Under the pieces are notes generated by a model. It saw only the letters and a list, made by a program, of their open reading frames with translations, searched no databases and was not told where the DNA came from. This document shows, in pieces, positions 17,597 through 26,635 of a stretch of 31,479 nt of DNA. Positions within the stretch are counted from its first letter, which is position 1. Each line of letters starts with the position of its first letter. The stretch lies in IMG/VR virus record IMGVR_UViG_3300037518_000112, positions 1 to 31,479 of that record. One strand, written 5' to 3'. The stretch is from a virus. Its lineage: Duplodnaviria; Caudoviricetes. Made by a program: the position numbers and the translations under genes.

Positions 17597-18055
17597 CTAT
17601 GCCTTCAACACCTTCTTAATCTCAGCATAGATATCTTCCCCAACCACACGATGCTGCACGAATCCCTTCGCCAGTCTTCCGGTTATCATGCTGAAGGAGA
17701 AAGGCTCTCCAGGGGTGTTGAGGCCGAGGGCTTCGCGGAGCTTGCCGAGGCCAACGTTTTTCCCTTTGCCCATATCCAGTTCCCCGGAATCGGTGAGGTC
17801 CAGCATAATGCCTTGCTTGCAGGTGATTTTGTCCCGGCCGCAGAAGGATTTAACCGATTCGTCTTGGATTTCCCACTGGATATCGAGGGCCAGTCCGGAA
17901 ACGGAAGGATCATCTTTCTTCTGCCAGGTTCTGCAATCCACCTTCCCCGCGAGAATCATATATCCGTCGCCTGACATATTATCGGGAGGGTTGATGAGGG
18001 AAGTGTCATTGGAAGTGTTTACGGTTTGGTTAAGGAAATTGTCTACATCGAACAT
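17597..18055 (-). CDS. Putative single-stranded DNA-binding protein
   Basis: 152 aa OB-fold-like beta pattern, GKNVGLGKLREALG; lies downstream of Sak4-like ATPase and nuclease, the usual arrangement. Confidence 0.6.
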   Translation of the reverse strand: MFDVDNFLNQTVNTSNDTSLINPPDNMSGDGYMILAGKVDCRTWQKKDDPSVSGLALDIQWEIQDESVKSFCGRDKITCKQGIMLDLTDSGELDMGKGKNVGLGKLREALGLNTPGEPFSFSMITGRLAKGFVQHRVVGEDIYAEIKKVLKA

Positions 18056-18115
18056 AGGTGTTACCTCTTATTGGGTTGTTGGTTTGGGCTTATGCCCGGT
18101 TGTTACTGCTTGCTG

Positions 18116-18295
18116 CTATCGTAGTTCTTTTATCTCTGCTTTTTTACAGGCTTCCAAGCGGTAGAAACTTGTTGAGGATTCGATTGGAGAGGCTCGGAAG
18201 ATTAAACAATCAGCCCCACCCTCTTTCAGCATCAATGACGCACAATTCATACATTTATCTTCCCCGCAATTGATTTTAATAACGAGTTCAGCCAT
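18116..18295 (-). CDS. 59-aa Cys-rich hypothetical protein (not in ORF track)
   Basis: MAELVIKINCGEDKCMNCASL...CLIF...RLEACKKAE; GGAGGG upstream; overlaps upstream stop. Confidence 0.6.
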   Translation of the reverse strand: MAELVIKINCGEDKCMNCASLMLKEGGADCLIFRASPIESSTSFYRLEACKKAEIKELR

Positions 18296-18461
18296 TATTA
18301 ACCCTCCCCTCCATAAAGCTCTTTGCTACTTTCTTCGGCGTTCGGATTTCTCGCATTGCTTGCCGAACTTCCCCGCCGACTTTCTCCCCGTACCAGAGCC
18401 TAGTCCAGCACTCTCCGACGCGGTTGAGATAGATCTGTGTTGTTGTGCGTATATTAGACAT
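18288..18461 (-). CDS. Hypothetical protein (57 aa)
   Basis: ATG 18461 overlaps ATPase TAA; GGAGG upstream. Confidence 0.5.
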   Translation of the reverse strand: MSNIRTTTQIYLNRVGECWTRLWYGEKVGGEVRQAMREIRTPKKVAKSFMEGRVNNG

Positions 18462-19318
18462 TATCGCCTTCCTCCCCTTTTCTCCCATTTATCCAATATC
18501 GCCCGGAAGTCGGGATTGTTTTTGTTGCTGATCGGCAAGTTCCTAGTCTTTACATCTGCCAGCGCGCTTGCCGTATCCCAATACCACTTGTCCACATTCC
18601 GCACCGTTAGGATAGCATCTGAGAACATCGGAGCGAGCTTCGGCGGGAGCTTCTTGCCGAGGGTGCTGACCATTAACTTAACCCCACCCAGGACCTCATC
18701 AACCTCCCGCTCGACATGGGAGAGTAAGACGAAATGGCAGATGCAATCATCGCAGATCTTGCGGAGGAAGTTCTCCAGGAGATTTTGCGCCAGCCCCCAG
18801 TCTTTCTGGTCCCGGTCTGCTTTGCCGCCGACAACGGTTTTCATTGCAGCGTTGGAGAGGCCGGTTAGACCGTCGATCACAACTGCTTTATCTGCTCCGA
18901 ATGTGTCAACGCAACCGTAGGTATTCCCTGCATCATCCGTCACGTTGTTGAAGGTGCGGAGGAATTGCTCGAACTGGTTGTACTTGCTGCGGTTCGGGTC
19001 GGACATTTTTTTCAGGCTTTCGTAGGCGAGCTTGTTGACGTAGCCTACGGAATCTGCCATATCCCCCCAGGTGGAGGAAGCAGATTTGACGGTTATGATG
19101 TGGAGATTGGAAGGGACGGGCTTGCCGCTATCCGCCCAATACCCGATTAAGGACTCCGTGCCGGCTTCGAAGGCGAAGTAGAAGACCTCGATTCCAGCGT
19201 CGACTAGAGTGCCGATTGAATGAGTCTTGCCCGTGCCAGTTGGCCCCATTAGGAGGATGTTCACTCCGGGAAGGGTTGTTGGCGCGGGAGCGCTGTTGTT
19301 TGCCATTACATCAGTCAT
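18461..19318 (-). CDS. AAA_24 / Sak4-like ATPase (recombination)
   Basis: Walker A GPTGTGKT, Walker B VVIDGLT, DWG, LSH, short RecA-like core; between nuclease and SSB-like genes. Confidence 0.8.
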   Translation of the reverse strand: MTDVMANNSAPAPTTLPGVNILLMGPTGTGKTHSIGTLVDAGIEVFYFAFEAGTESLIGYWADSGKPVPSNLHIITVKSASSTWGDMADSVGYVNKLAYESLKKMSDPNRSKYNQFEQFLRTFNNVTDDAGNTYGCVDTFGADKAVVIDGLTGLSNAAMKTVVGGKADRDQKDWGLAQNLLENFLRKICDDCICHFVLLSHVEREVDEVLGGVKLMVSTLGKKLPPKLAPMFSDAILTVRNVDKWYWDTASALADVKTRNLPISNKNNPDFRAILDKWEKRGGRR

Positions 19319-19480
19319 TTACTTTGCCTCCCTTAATATGTATATAGTATTAGTCTCAACCTCAACCGCAAAGAATAGATAACCTTCTTCACCTTTAAAG
19401 GATTCTATGCGAACGGTTTTCCCAACCAGATCCGCAAGCACGAAGGTTTTGATTTCCTCTGGTTTTATTACATCAGGCAT
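19319..19480 (-). CDS. Hypothetical protein (53 aa)
   Basis: ATG 19480 with GGGAGG RBS, abuts ATPase start. Confidence 0.55.
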   Translation of the reverse strand: MPDVIKPEEIKTFVLADLVGKTVRIESFKGEEGYLFFAVEVETNTIYILREAK

Positions 19481-19709
19481 TAACCATAGCCTCCCTTTGC
19501 TTTCGATAGAACTCTTTTGTATGGGTTGCACGTTTTGCAGCTTTAATCATAGCCTTTCCTTTGATAAGTTTTGGATGTTTTCGACGAATTACCCAATCCG
19601 TCCCTTGAACATATTGCTTAGGGTTTAGGTAGTAGCTATTCCCGTATTGCTTTTTAGCTCCTGCCGCATATCGCCACATATCGGTTGGTTTAAAATCATA
19701 ACTAAACAT
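19473..19709 (-). CDS. Hypothetical basic protein (78 aa)
   Basis: ATG 19709 overlapping upstream gene end; operon packing. Confidence 0.55.
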   Translation of the reverse strand: MFSYDFKPTDMWRYAAGAKKQYGNSYYLNPKQYVQGTDWVIRRKHPKLIKGKAMIKAAKRATHTKEFYRKQREAMVNA

Positions 19710-20037
19710 CTTCTTCCAGCTCCTTTTCAATATTATCAATCAATAGCAATAGTTCATACCTCAGTACCCCTTCCGGGAAATCCTTATGCAGGCCGACGAA
19801 GGTAGTATCCCAGATCGAACCGGGAAGCCTTCCGGCGAATAGCTGTCGGGGCTGACATCTTCCACAAACCCCGACCATGGCTTGCCAATGCCTAGGCCCG
19901 TCTCCTTCCGTTGGTAATCTCGCATAGACTTCCCCGCAAGTATCGCAATACCACATGAAGTTGGCTTGCCAGGAGAGGTGCGGCGGGATAGGGGATTGGC
20001 CCAGGTATTTCCCGTTTATAATATAGAGGCGTTTCAT
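19702..20037 (-). CDS. Hypothetical zinc-finger-like protein
   Basis: CDTC...CGRC; operon packing. Confidence 0.6.
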   Translation of the reverse strand: MKRLYIINGKYLGQSPIPPHLSWQANFMWYCDTCGEVYARLPTEGDGPRHWQAMVGVCGRCQPRQLFAGRLPGSIWDTTFVGLHKDFPEGVLRYELLLLIDNIEKELEEDV

Positions 20038-20040
20038 GGA

Positions 20041-21057
20041 TTATTTCCAACCACTTTCCCATTCTTGTACTGACACTTCTTTATGAAGGCAGGGGTCCCA
20101 GACTCTACGTTGGAAGTCTGCCTGCAATACCTCATACGGGTTCTTGGACTTGCATACCCCTCGGAATGGGCAGCCCCCGTAGTCATTGCAAGCGGGTTCG
20201 AAGTTCCTATCCCAAGGATTGTCGGATCGGACGCAGGCGCCATCGAGGGACTTCCGGGGTTCGGCAATCTGCTCAGCAAACATCCTTAACATCCGGTCAA
20301 TGTCCCGGTACAGCATCTCTTCCCAACGATCAAGTTCCCAGCCAGAACGATAAGTGATTGCTTGCTGAGTGTCGTATTTGGACTTGAGTATGGATATGCC
20401 ACGAACGATGGTGCCTTGCATTGGCACACCGATTCGTCTTCCTGCCCAACAATAGCTAGTGAACTGCGATCGCAAATCCCACTGCGCCCCCCACTTCTGC
20501 CCGAGCTGGGTTGTGGTCTTCTCGTCGAAGTTGAATACCGCCCCGGCGAACTCTGCGACCATATCCGCCCGACCGGAGAACAGCAAGGGGTTGCTGGAGC
20601 CTGGGTGCAATCGGTCCAAGGGCTCCGCGAAAGAGAACTCAATCCCCCGGCGACCGCTTGGCAGGGTTATCGGCTCCGCTCCGTCTTGGCCTAGGGGATA
20701 CATGGAGAGATAGAATTCCAGCGCCCCACACATCCGATCCAGGTCTTTGGCAGAATCTGAAGGGCACTCGAAATCCCCGTAGTCGGTTATCAGCGCCTGC
20801 AGTCCCATTGCCTCGGAATCCGGTTGATTCATCCCTTGCTCATAGAAGCACTTCCGGGCGATTTCAATTCCCTTTGCGAAGGCGCCTCCTGCTACCAAAT
20901 GCACCGATTCGAAGTTCGGCTTCCAATGCTCGATGTAGGTCAAGTAACCTTTCCATGGACAAGCCCGGAAATCGGAAAGCATGGAGGAATCGATAACCGG
21001 CGGGAAAGAGGGGATTATGCCTAGCTCCGCACGGGCTTCGGAATATTGCTGGCTCAT
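20041..21057 (-). CDS. PD-(D/E)XK nuclease (RecB/Cas4-like exonuclease with probable Fe-S cysteines)
   Basis: DSSML..FRACP, GRADM, DEKTT, QFTSY, C-terminal CNDYGGCPFRGVC. Confidence 0.85.
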   Translation of the reverse strand: MSQQYSEARAELGIIPSFPPVIDSSMLSDFRACPWKGYLTYIEHWKPNFESVHLVAGGAFAKGIEIARKCFYEQGMNQPDSEAMGLQALITDYGDFECPSDSAKDLDRMCGALEFYLSMYPLGQDGAEPITLPSGRRGIEFSFAEPLDRLHPGSSNPLLFSGRADMVAEFAGAVFNFDEKTTTQLGQKWGAQWDLRSQFTSYCWAGRRIGVPMQGTIVRGISILKSKYDTQQAITYRSGWELDRWEEMLYRDIDRMLRMFAEQIAEPRKSLDGACVRSDNPWDRNFEPACNDYGGCPFRGVCKSKNPYEVLQADFQRRVWDPCLHKEVSVQEWESGWK

Positions 21058-21710
21058 ACTTCGGCCTCCGGTGGAGTTAGGAACTCTGTTTCCAGCTCCG
21101 GAAAATCGAACAGACTCTCAACAGCCTTTAAGAAATTCACCGCAACTTCCCGATCCCCTTTGGCCAAGGAGAGGTAGCGTTGGAATTTGCTACGGAGTTG
21201 TTCCCGCTTGTAGTAGCTATCTCTGGCGGATTCGATAAGATCTTCCAGCTCAGAGATAATACTCTTGCGATCGGCAATCGCATTTTTGTATTCCTTTTCC
21301 CGCTTCTCCCACTCTGCCAATATCTGAGTATTGCGTTTTATCAAGTCCTTTGAAGAGTCGAGAAAGGCTTTGGTGAAGGTTGGGATTTTGGTGACCTTTG
21401 GGTAACTATAACTATCGCTTTCCAAAGGGTTTATATAATAGCTCGGTCCAGAATATTGTCTTTGCACTAATGGGAACTTAGCCAAAAAAGCAAGGATTTC
21501 GTGGGCCTCTTCCATAACCAGTACTGCAACTCCCGCAACCTCATACACATAGGAATCCTCTTTTACAGCGGCAACCTCCGGCTTTGGTCCTGGCGCGTCT
21601 GGCAACAGCGGCAGTCCTTGTTGTGCACATTCAAGGTCAATTATCAATTGCTTTTGATCGTAGTCCAGTGCTAGCAATCGCTCTTCCGTCATATTTCTGA
21701 AATCATTCAT
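21054..21710 (-). CDS. Hypothetical protein (218 aa, C-terminal coiled coil)
   Basis: GGGAGA RBS, ATGA overlap with nuclease gene. Confidence 0.7.
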   Translation of the reverse strand: MNDFRNMTEERLLALDYDQKQLIIDLECAQQGLPLLPDAPGPKPEVAAVKEDSYVYEVAGVAVLVMEEAHEILAFLAKFPLVQRQYSGPSYYINPLESDSYSYPKVTKIPTFTKAFLDSSKDLIKRNTQILAEWEKREKEYKNAIADRKSIISELEDLIESARDSYYKREQLRSKFQRYLSLAKGDREVAVNFLKAVESLFDFPELETEFLTPPEAEV

Positions 21711-21743
21711 TTTTTGTCTCCCTTTGGTTGCTCTTGCTGCTTC

Positions 21744-21950
21744 CTAAAGCCCGGCCAATTCCCCGAGCATTTCTTCTGAATTAATAACCTTTTTACTCGT
21801 CCCTTTTGCCTTCGCCTTCGTCGTCGCGGATGTTCGCAAGGTGCGGAGATAGGCGATTGCTTCCCGCATTTCCGGCATGGAGAGGGTGCCAGCGGCTGCC
21901 TTTGCCCTCCAGGTTACGAGTTGCTCTTTGATGTCTGCTGTTGGTTCCAT
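21744..21950 (-). CDS. Hypothetical protein (68 aa)
   Basis: Coupled to upstream stop; ends INSEEMLGELAGL, resembling tails of the 25150 and 28801 proteins. Confidence 0.7.
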   Translation of the reverse strand: MEPTADIKEQLVTWRAKAAAGTLSMPEMREAIAYLRTLRTSATTKAKAKGTSKKVINSEEMLGELAGL

Positions 21951-22195
21951 TAGCTTTCCTCTTGATATTTTGGTGCATATTCACCGATATCTGCCATTAT
22001 TTGCCTTCCTTCATCTGTTAATTTTGGGGAATCAGTGATAGCTTGTAGTTGAAAAACAAATGGGAAATCCCAAGTATCCTTTATTGCAGCTATTTCACTG
22101 AAGAATTCCGCTTGCTTATCCCCGTCCATATTGCAAAATTCCTCAGCCAACTCCCGTGGGGTCGGTTTGATTTCCTGTGTAAATGTTCTTTCCAT
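21950..22195 (-). CDS. Hypothetical protein (81 aa)
   Basis: AGGAGG RBS; first gene after promoter at 22226-22254. Confidence 0.7.
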   Translation of the reverse strand: MERTFTQEIKPTPRELAEEFCNMDGDKQAEFFSEIAAIKDTWDFPFVFQLQAITDSPKLTDEGRQIMADIGEYAPKYQEES

Positions 22196-22225
22196 TCGTT
22201 GTTCCTCCTATTTGATTGTTTATGT

Positions 22226-22254
22226 ATCATACCCGATTGTGGCCAGTCATGGAA
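22226..22254 (-). promoter_or_regulatory. Sigma70-like promoter TTCCAT-17-TATGAT
   Basis: Intergenic, 17-bp spacer; near copy at 28522-28550. Confidence 0.6.
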
Positions 22255-22280
22255 GAGTTATTTTTGAGTGCTGGAAAGAA

Positions 22281-23720
22281 TTATACCCTCCCCAAATAAA
22301 GCCGCTTCTTGGGTCGAGTGCAGGCAACATACAAGCACCGATACGCCTCCCCCCTGTTCCGATTCAGCAATATATCATTCCATACAACGAAAGCGGTGTC
22401 GTAGGTGCTGCCCTGCGCCCGGTGCGCGGTTATGGCGTAGGCGTGCTTGATGGAATGGAAGGCGTCCTTGAATTGCCAATAATCTCGCCATTTGCGGGGG
22501 TTGAGCTTTGCATCGTTTGCGAGGTTGTGTAGGCGTATTTGCTCGTCTATGGAGGAATCGGGATGCAATACCCACAGGGATATGCGCTTGTTCTCGTCCG
22601 TTATGAGGGAGATGTTGTAGCATTTAAAATCGGAATACTTCGGATGGGAGCCAATCGCTATGCGCTCGATAACTCCTTCATCATCCGTGTGCCCGATCAT
22701 CTGTTTCCCGTCCTTCAACACATCATTCGCCGGGGCGGTTAGCAGCACTCGATCACCTGGAAGCCAGCGCTCGGAGGAGGAATTGTCGAAGAGCTGCGCG
22801 CGGATCAATCGGTTAAGAGAATCGACGGTTATGTTCCTCCAAGCGATTGCTTTTGCTTGGGATTCCGAGCGGGAGAAATTGCCGAGAGCTGCCTGTCGGA
22901 TTATCTCTGCGCGGAAGGCGGTTTCTTCCAGCTTCCAGACCCCTTCAATCTCGTCATTGTTGTTGAGCAAGGCGATGGTTGGGGCGGGGTGATTGACTTG
23001 GTTCTTGATCCGCTCGGCGAGCTCCAGGATCTGGTTGTCGAATCGCATTACTTGCAACAGCTCCGCCTTTATATCCGGATATTGCCAGATTAAAGAGGCC
23101 TTCTCGCTAATCGGTGGGAGCTGATTGCTATCCCCCATGAAGATTATCTTTAGCTTAAAGTTCTCCGTTGCAGCTTGGATTTCCTTCCACAAGACGGCAT
23201 TAACCATACTCGCTTCATCTATTACGATTATCTTGTGATCTTTGAGGTCGATGGGGTTTTCCGGTGCGACTAGCTTCTTGAGCTTCCCCGATGGTTCCAA
23301 TTTCAGTCCCAACAGAGAGTAGATGGTTCTGCAAATGGGCTGGTAATCCTCCGTGGTTAGAGTTTCCCGCAGGACCTTGGTGGCTTTGTTGGTCGGCGCG
23401 GTGAAGACTATCTTCTTGCTGGTGTTTTCGATCAGGTATTTGATGCAATATGTTTTGCCGGTGCCCGCAGCCCCGGATAGGAGGAAATAACTACCTTCCG
23501 GGGCTGCGATGAAGTCCAGCATAAGCTCAACGGCGATCTTTTGCTCTGGGTTGAAGGAGGGTTCAGCATCATCCCAATCTTCATCATCCAGGTCTTCTTC
23601 GTCAAAGCCTTCGTAGCCTTCGTCTTCATCTGGATAATCATCCTCGTATTCGTCTTCGAAAGGTGTCATTGCATCGTATTGCGCTTGGCACCTGTTCATA
23701 ATATCATCATTTCTGCTCAT
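22281..23720 (-). CDS. Dda/RecD-like SF1B helicase with acidic N-terminal extension
   Basis: GAAGTGKT, TAPTNKA, DEASM, GDSNQLPPI, HRAQGST, YVACTR. Confidence 0.9.
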   Translation of the reverse strand: MSRNDDIMNRCQAQYDAMTPFEDEYEDDYPDEDEGYEGFDEEDLDDEDWDDAEPSFNPEQKIAVELMLDFIAAPEGSYFLLSGAAGTGKTYCIKYLIENTSKKIVFTAPTNKATKVLRETLTTEDYQPICRTIYSLLGLKLEPSGKLKKLVAPENPIDLKDHKIIVIDEASMVNAVLWKEIQAATENFKLKIIFMGDSNQLPPISEKASLIWQYPDIKAELLQVMRFDNQILELAERIKNQVNHPAPTIALLNNNDEIEGVWKLEETAFRAEIIRQAALGNFSRSESQAKAIAWRNITVDSLNRLIRAQLFDNSSSERWLPGDRVLLTAPANDVLKDGKQMIGHTDDEGVIERIAIGSHPKYSDFKCYNISLITDENKRISLWVLHPDSSIDEQIRLHNLANDAKLNPRKWRDYWQFKDAFHSIKHAYAITAHRAQGSTYDTAFVVWNDILLNRNRGEAYRCLYVACTRPKKRLYLGRV

Positions 23721-23735
23721 TGCTGCTGCCTCCCC

Positions 23736-23975
23736 TTAATCCAGTGGAAATTTTAATCTATGAATTTCTTGCTGCATTTCTTGCAGTTCAGCCCGAAGTT
23801 GCTCGCCTTCGGACAAGTCCGCTCGAATCAGCCCCGATACATACCGGCTCCAGGCCCCATGCGGTACCCTCCCTTCCAACTCCGAGAACAGCCGAAGGTC
23901 TACTTTACAGACAAGATCTTCTGGAATGGATATGTTTTTCTCGATTGGTCGGACTGCTTTTCTTGGTCTAGCCAT
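23736..23975 (-). CDS. Ribbon-helix-helix-like DNA-binding protein
   Basis: MARPRK basic arm, alternating strand EKNISIP, helix EDLVCKVD, second helix WSRYVSGLIR; start at ATG 23975 after GGAGA. Confidence 0.6.
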   Translation of the reverse strand: MARPRKAVRPIEKNISIPEDLVCKVDLRLFSELEGRVPHGAWSRYVSGLIRADLSEGEQLRAELQEMQQEIHRLKFPLD

Positions 23976-24432
23976 TGGAAAGGTCTCCTTCATCTAGTAT
24001 CGGTTTACATACGAACCTGCTGGTATCTACCTTTTCCGCCGGACAGCCGCACTCTGGGCAATTATCTGAATGGTGGTAATACCTACAACAATCACACATT
24101 ACCACAGGAGCTGGCTCTTCCATATCTTCCATCTGCTCCCGCTCATACCGCAGCAATACTTGCGCTGCAACATAAACAATAGCCCCAAGCATATCCTCCA
24201 CCGCTCTGCCATGCTCCTTGCAATTGAAGGCTTCCAAGATCTTCTTCATGGATTGGAAGGCCAGCCCCCCCTCCCCAACTTCCCTTGCGCGGGTCATAAT
24301 TGGCTGCTGGAGAAACGGCAGGTTGTTGGCATGGCATTGCTTGCCCTTGCCGGATTGGGACTGGTTGAGGGCGGCTATCAATACATTTGCCAGCGGCTCA
24401 TAGCCTTTTTCTACTTCTACTTCGATTTTCAT
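23968..24432 (-). CDS. Conserved-looking phage hypothetical protein with C-terminal Cys cluster
   Basis: ALNQSQSGKGKQCHA..PFLQQP helical domain; CDCC...CPECGC; AGGAG RBS. Confidence 0.65.
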   Translation of the reverse strand: MKIEVEVEKGYEPLANVLIAALNQSQSGKGKQCHANNLPFLQQPIMTRAREVGEGGLAFQSMKKILEAFNCKEHGRAVEDMLGAIVYVAAQVLLRYEREQMEDMEEPAPVVMCDCCRYYHHSDNCPECGCPAEKVDTSRFVCKPILDEGDLSNG

Positions 24433-24920
24433 TTGTCTTGCTCTCCTTTTACCATATCTTTAAATTCTCCTACTTCTCCGAATATCGGAGTGCAGTTCTC
24501 ACAGAAGCAAACCTGCCGATTGATAACTGCATTTTTAACCAATCCATCCGGCAGCCCCTGCTCGAATTCCTGAACGGTTTTCCAATGAATTGAGCTGCCG
24601 AATTGCCACTTCTCCATGTTCCGCTGAAACAGCGAAGGCATCTTGCTGCCGCATTTGCACTCGACCCGCAGCCAAACGATAATCCCCTCTTTGAGCCGAA
24701 AGCTCTGCGCTCTGCAAGTCTCAGATACCTTTTCCTGGAATACCTTAAGATTGGCTTTGTTTTTTGTCTGCGGAGATTGGTAAGTGGCCTTGGCAATCAT
24801 CGCGTCGAGTTCAGCGAAATCGGAATCATCCGGCTCGGCTTTGTTGTCTGGTATGTCAAGGACTGGGATATCGGAAAGGGGTTGGGTATAGCTGTGAAGT
24901 AATTCTCTGTGACTGGTCAT
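24429..24920 (-). CDS. Hypothetical protein (163 aa, CxC...CxxC)
   Basis: Start moved to ATG 24920 after AGGGAGACA. Confidence 0.65.
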   Translation of the reverse strand: MTSHRELLHSYTQPLSDIPVLDIPDNKAEPDDSDFAELDAMIAKATYQSPQTKNKANLKVFQEKVSETCRAQSFRLKEGIIVWLRVECKCGSKMPSLFQRNMEKWQFGSSIHWKTVQEFEQGLPDGLVKNAVINRQVCFCENCTPIFGEVGEFKDMVKGEQDK

Positions 24921-24972
24921 GCGGGTTGTCTCCCTATGTGTTTGATAATAGGGGGAAAATGATTTCCCCATT

Positions 24973-25011
24973 GGATTATTATATATTACTCCCAATGGAT
25001 TATTTTGTCAC
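24973..25011 (-). promoter_or_regulatory. Sigma70-like promoter GTGACA-17-TAATAT overlapped by palindromic box 3
   Basis: -35 at 25006-25011, -10 at 24983-24988; GGATTA ttatatat TACTCC at 24973-24992 (one mismatch). Confidence 0.55.
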
Positions 25012-25061
25012 GAAAAATCGAACAACCTGAATAAAACAACTACCGCGCCCCGGCAGCCAAC

Positions 25062-25107
25062 AAAAAACCCCCGTTAGATCGGGAGACAAAGCCTTCTAGC
25101 GGGGGTT
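25062..25107 (-). terminator. Intrinsic terminator after 25150-25698 gene
   Basis: AACCCCCGCTAGA / TCTAACGGGGGTT stem (one mismatch) followed by T-run on - strand; second hairpin CCAAGGG/CCCTTGG at 25112-25131. Confidence 0.65.
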
Positions 25108-25149
25108 CAAGCCAAGGGGGAGAGCCCTTGGTGTGTTTAATGCGGCTGG

Positions 25150-25698
25150 TTAATTGGCAAGCTCTCCGAGCAGTGCTTCGGTGTCAATACTTGGACCTTT
25201 CTTGTTAGCGGCTTTCTCCGCTTCAAGTCTATCCACAATAACTTTCACCGCAGGGTTGCTGCGCAGAGCGATCTTTTGCGCTTGGGTTTTATCGGCCAAG
25301 TAGCCTTTGATTGCATCGACGGGCTTGCCGGAGTATTCAACTAAGGCGCGGATGAGAACGGAGGTTCCTGCCATGCCGTCAGATTCCCGCTTGACAGTCC
25401 AATTACCAGCTTCCAAGTTAGCGATTGATTTCTCCATTGCCAGGACGCAATCGTCGATCTCTGCAATTCCTGCGATGCAATCCCCGAGCTTCTGCTCAAC
25501 ACCATGAGCGGCGAAATTGGAAATCAGCGAATCCGGCGCGGTGAACATTAAAACTTCCCCATTGCGGAAATCAAATCTGCAGGAGATTGAACCATCTTCC
25601 CCGATGGTTGACTCCTTAATCATTTTCTTTTTGGCGCCAACGAAGGTTACTTCTCTTCCATCAGTCATTGTTACGAGTTCTTTGATTGGATCTGCCAT
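25150..25698 (-). CDS. Hypothetical protein, paralog of 28801-29301
   Basis: HGVEQKLGD, LIRAL, AIKGYL, ALR shared with the 166-aa protein; own promoter and terminator. Confidence 0.8.
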   Translation of the reverse strand: MADPIKELVTMTDGREVTFVGAKKKMIKESTIGEDGSISCRFDFRNGEVLMFTAPDSLISNFAAHGVEQKLGDCIAGIAEIDDCVLAMEKSIANLEAGNWTVKRESDGMAGTSVLIRALVEYSGKPVDAIKGYLADKTQAQKIALRSNPAVKVIVDRLEAEKAANKKGPSIDTEALLGELAN

Positions 25699-25772
25699 AA
25701 TGTTCTCCAGTTTGTTTTGAGTATTGGCTATTGGTTAGCGGAACGATTCCGCTCGGTCATTCATTAATTAGC

Positions 25773-25801
25773 AATCTAACAATCCCGGTTCAGCTTTGCA
25801 A
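25773..25801 (-). promoter_or_regulatory. Sigma70-like promoter TTGCAA-17-TAGATT
   Basis: Intergenic, 17-bp spacer, upstream of 25698 start. Confidence 0.6.
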
Positions 25802-25829
25802 TAGTATTTTTTCGAGGTCGGGGATTTTT

Positions 25830-26171
25830 TCATTTGGGGGAGTTTTTTCCCTCCATTATCCCATCCCAATCAATTTTTTTATTGACAACAACGAACAAGG
25901 ACCACTCGCCATTTGCTTGCTGCTCGACTTTCGTCCGGTATTGCTTATCAGTCATAGCGGAATTGAGCGGGTGCAGGGGGTACAGCGGAATGGACTTGAG
26001 AAATGCGCGGTACTTCCTGGCCAAGGCTAGGCAAGGCTGCTTGTCCTCGGAGGATAATAGCCACCATTTCCCAAGGCCCCGCGCGAACGGAAGTTGGAAG
26101 TATTCTGGGAAGTTATCGGGAGGCTTGAGTTTATCGCTGGGCATCGCAACAGCCTCCGCGATGGTAAGCAT
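25830..26171 (-). CDS. Hypothetical protein (113 aa)
   Basis: AAGGA RBS; operon packing. Confidence 0.6.
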   Translation of the reverse strand: MLTIAEAVAMPSDKLKPPDNFPEYFQLPFARGLGKWWLLSSEDKQPCLALARKYRAFLKSIPLYPLHPLNSAMTDKQYRTKVEQQANGEWSLFVVVNKKIDWDGIMEGKNSPK

Positions 26172-26469
26172 TTTCCTTTTCTAGTTTCCGGTCCAACCTA
26201 TACCAAAAGAAAAATCCTTGTTTTGTAGTGCCCCAATGCAAAGCTTCAGATACTTCACACATTGCTTCAGCGGGGATAACTCGTATCCACGCCTCCTTCC
26301 GCATTGCAATCCCCGCCCACCAGCAAAGCCCCCCGACACGGAGGCAGAGCTGATCGAAGTTGTTGATTTTACTGCCGAGAAAGTCGGATTTCGGTTTGGT
26401 TTTTGCTGCTTTAATGGTTTGTTTCATTATTTCTTCAGCCTCTCCGGTTAAATCATCATAGATTTCCAT
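26131..26469 (-). CDS. Hypothetical protein (112 aa, Trp-rich C-terminus)
   Basis: ATG 26469 with GGGGAG RBS. Confidence 0.55.
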   Translation of the reverse strand: MEIYDDLTGEAEEIMKQTIKAAKTKPKSDFLGSKINNFDQLCLRVGGLCWWAGIAMRKEAWIRVIPAEAMCEVSEALHWGTTKQGFFFWYRLDRKLEKENAYHRGGCCDAQR

Positions 26470-26471
26470 TT

Positions 26472-26633
26472 CTAAAGCTCCCCCATCTTCCATAAGTAAT
26501 CGTCATACATGCTTAAAGCATAATCCAGAGGATTATAATCCATTTCCCTATCTGCCCCAGTCTCAGCGGCGGAAATGGGAACCTCCTCTTCATTGATTTC
26601 AAACCATTCATCGAACTCCAATATCTTAGACAT
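26472..26633 (-). CDS. 53-aa acidic protein (not in ORF track)
   Basis: MSKILEFDEWFEINEEEVPISAAETGADREMDYNPLDYALSMYDDYLWKMGEL; GGAGGAG RBS; exactly fills gap between neighbours. Confidence 0.7.
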   Translation of the reverse strand: MSKILEFDEWFEINEEEVPISAAETGADREMDYNPLDYALSMYDDYLWKMGEL

Positions 26634-26635
26634 TG

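Noticed and set aside
20041-21057. Cas4-like nuclease suggesting CRISPR-Cas
   Set aside because: No repeat-spacer array or other cas genes; context (Sak4-like ATPase, SSB) indicates a recombination exonuclease
12243-24432. Hypermodified-base or Z-genome pathway
   Set aside because: No PurZ, thymidylate synthase, kinase or glycosyltransferase recognised; polymerase substitutions and the DUF4406-like gene are not enough
26521-26541. GGATTATAATCC palindrome with the same half-sites as the box
   Set aside because: No spacer and lies inside the 53-aa coding sequence; not counted as a box
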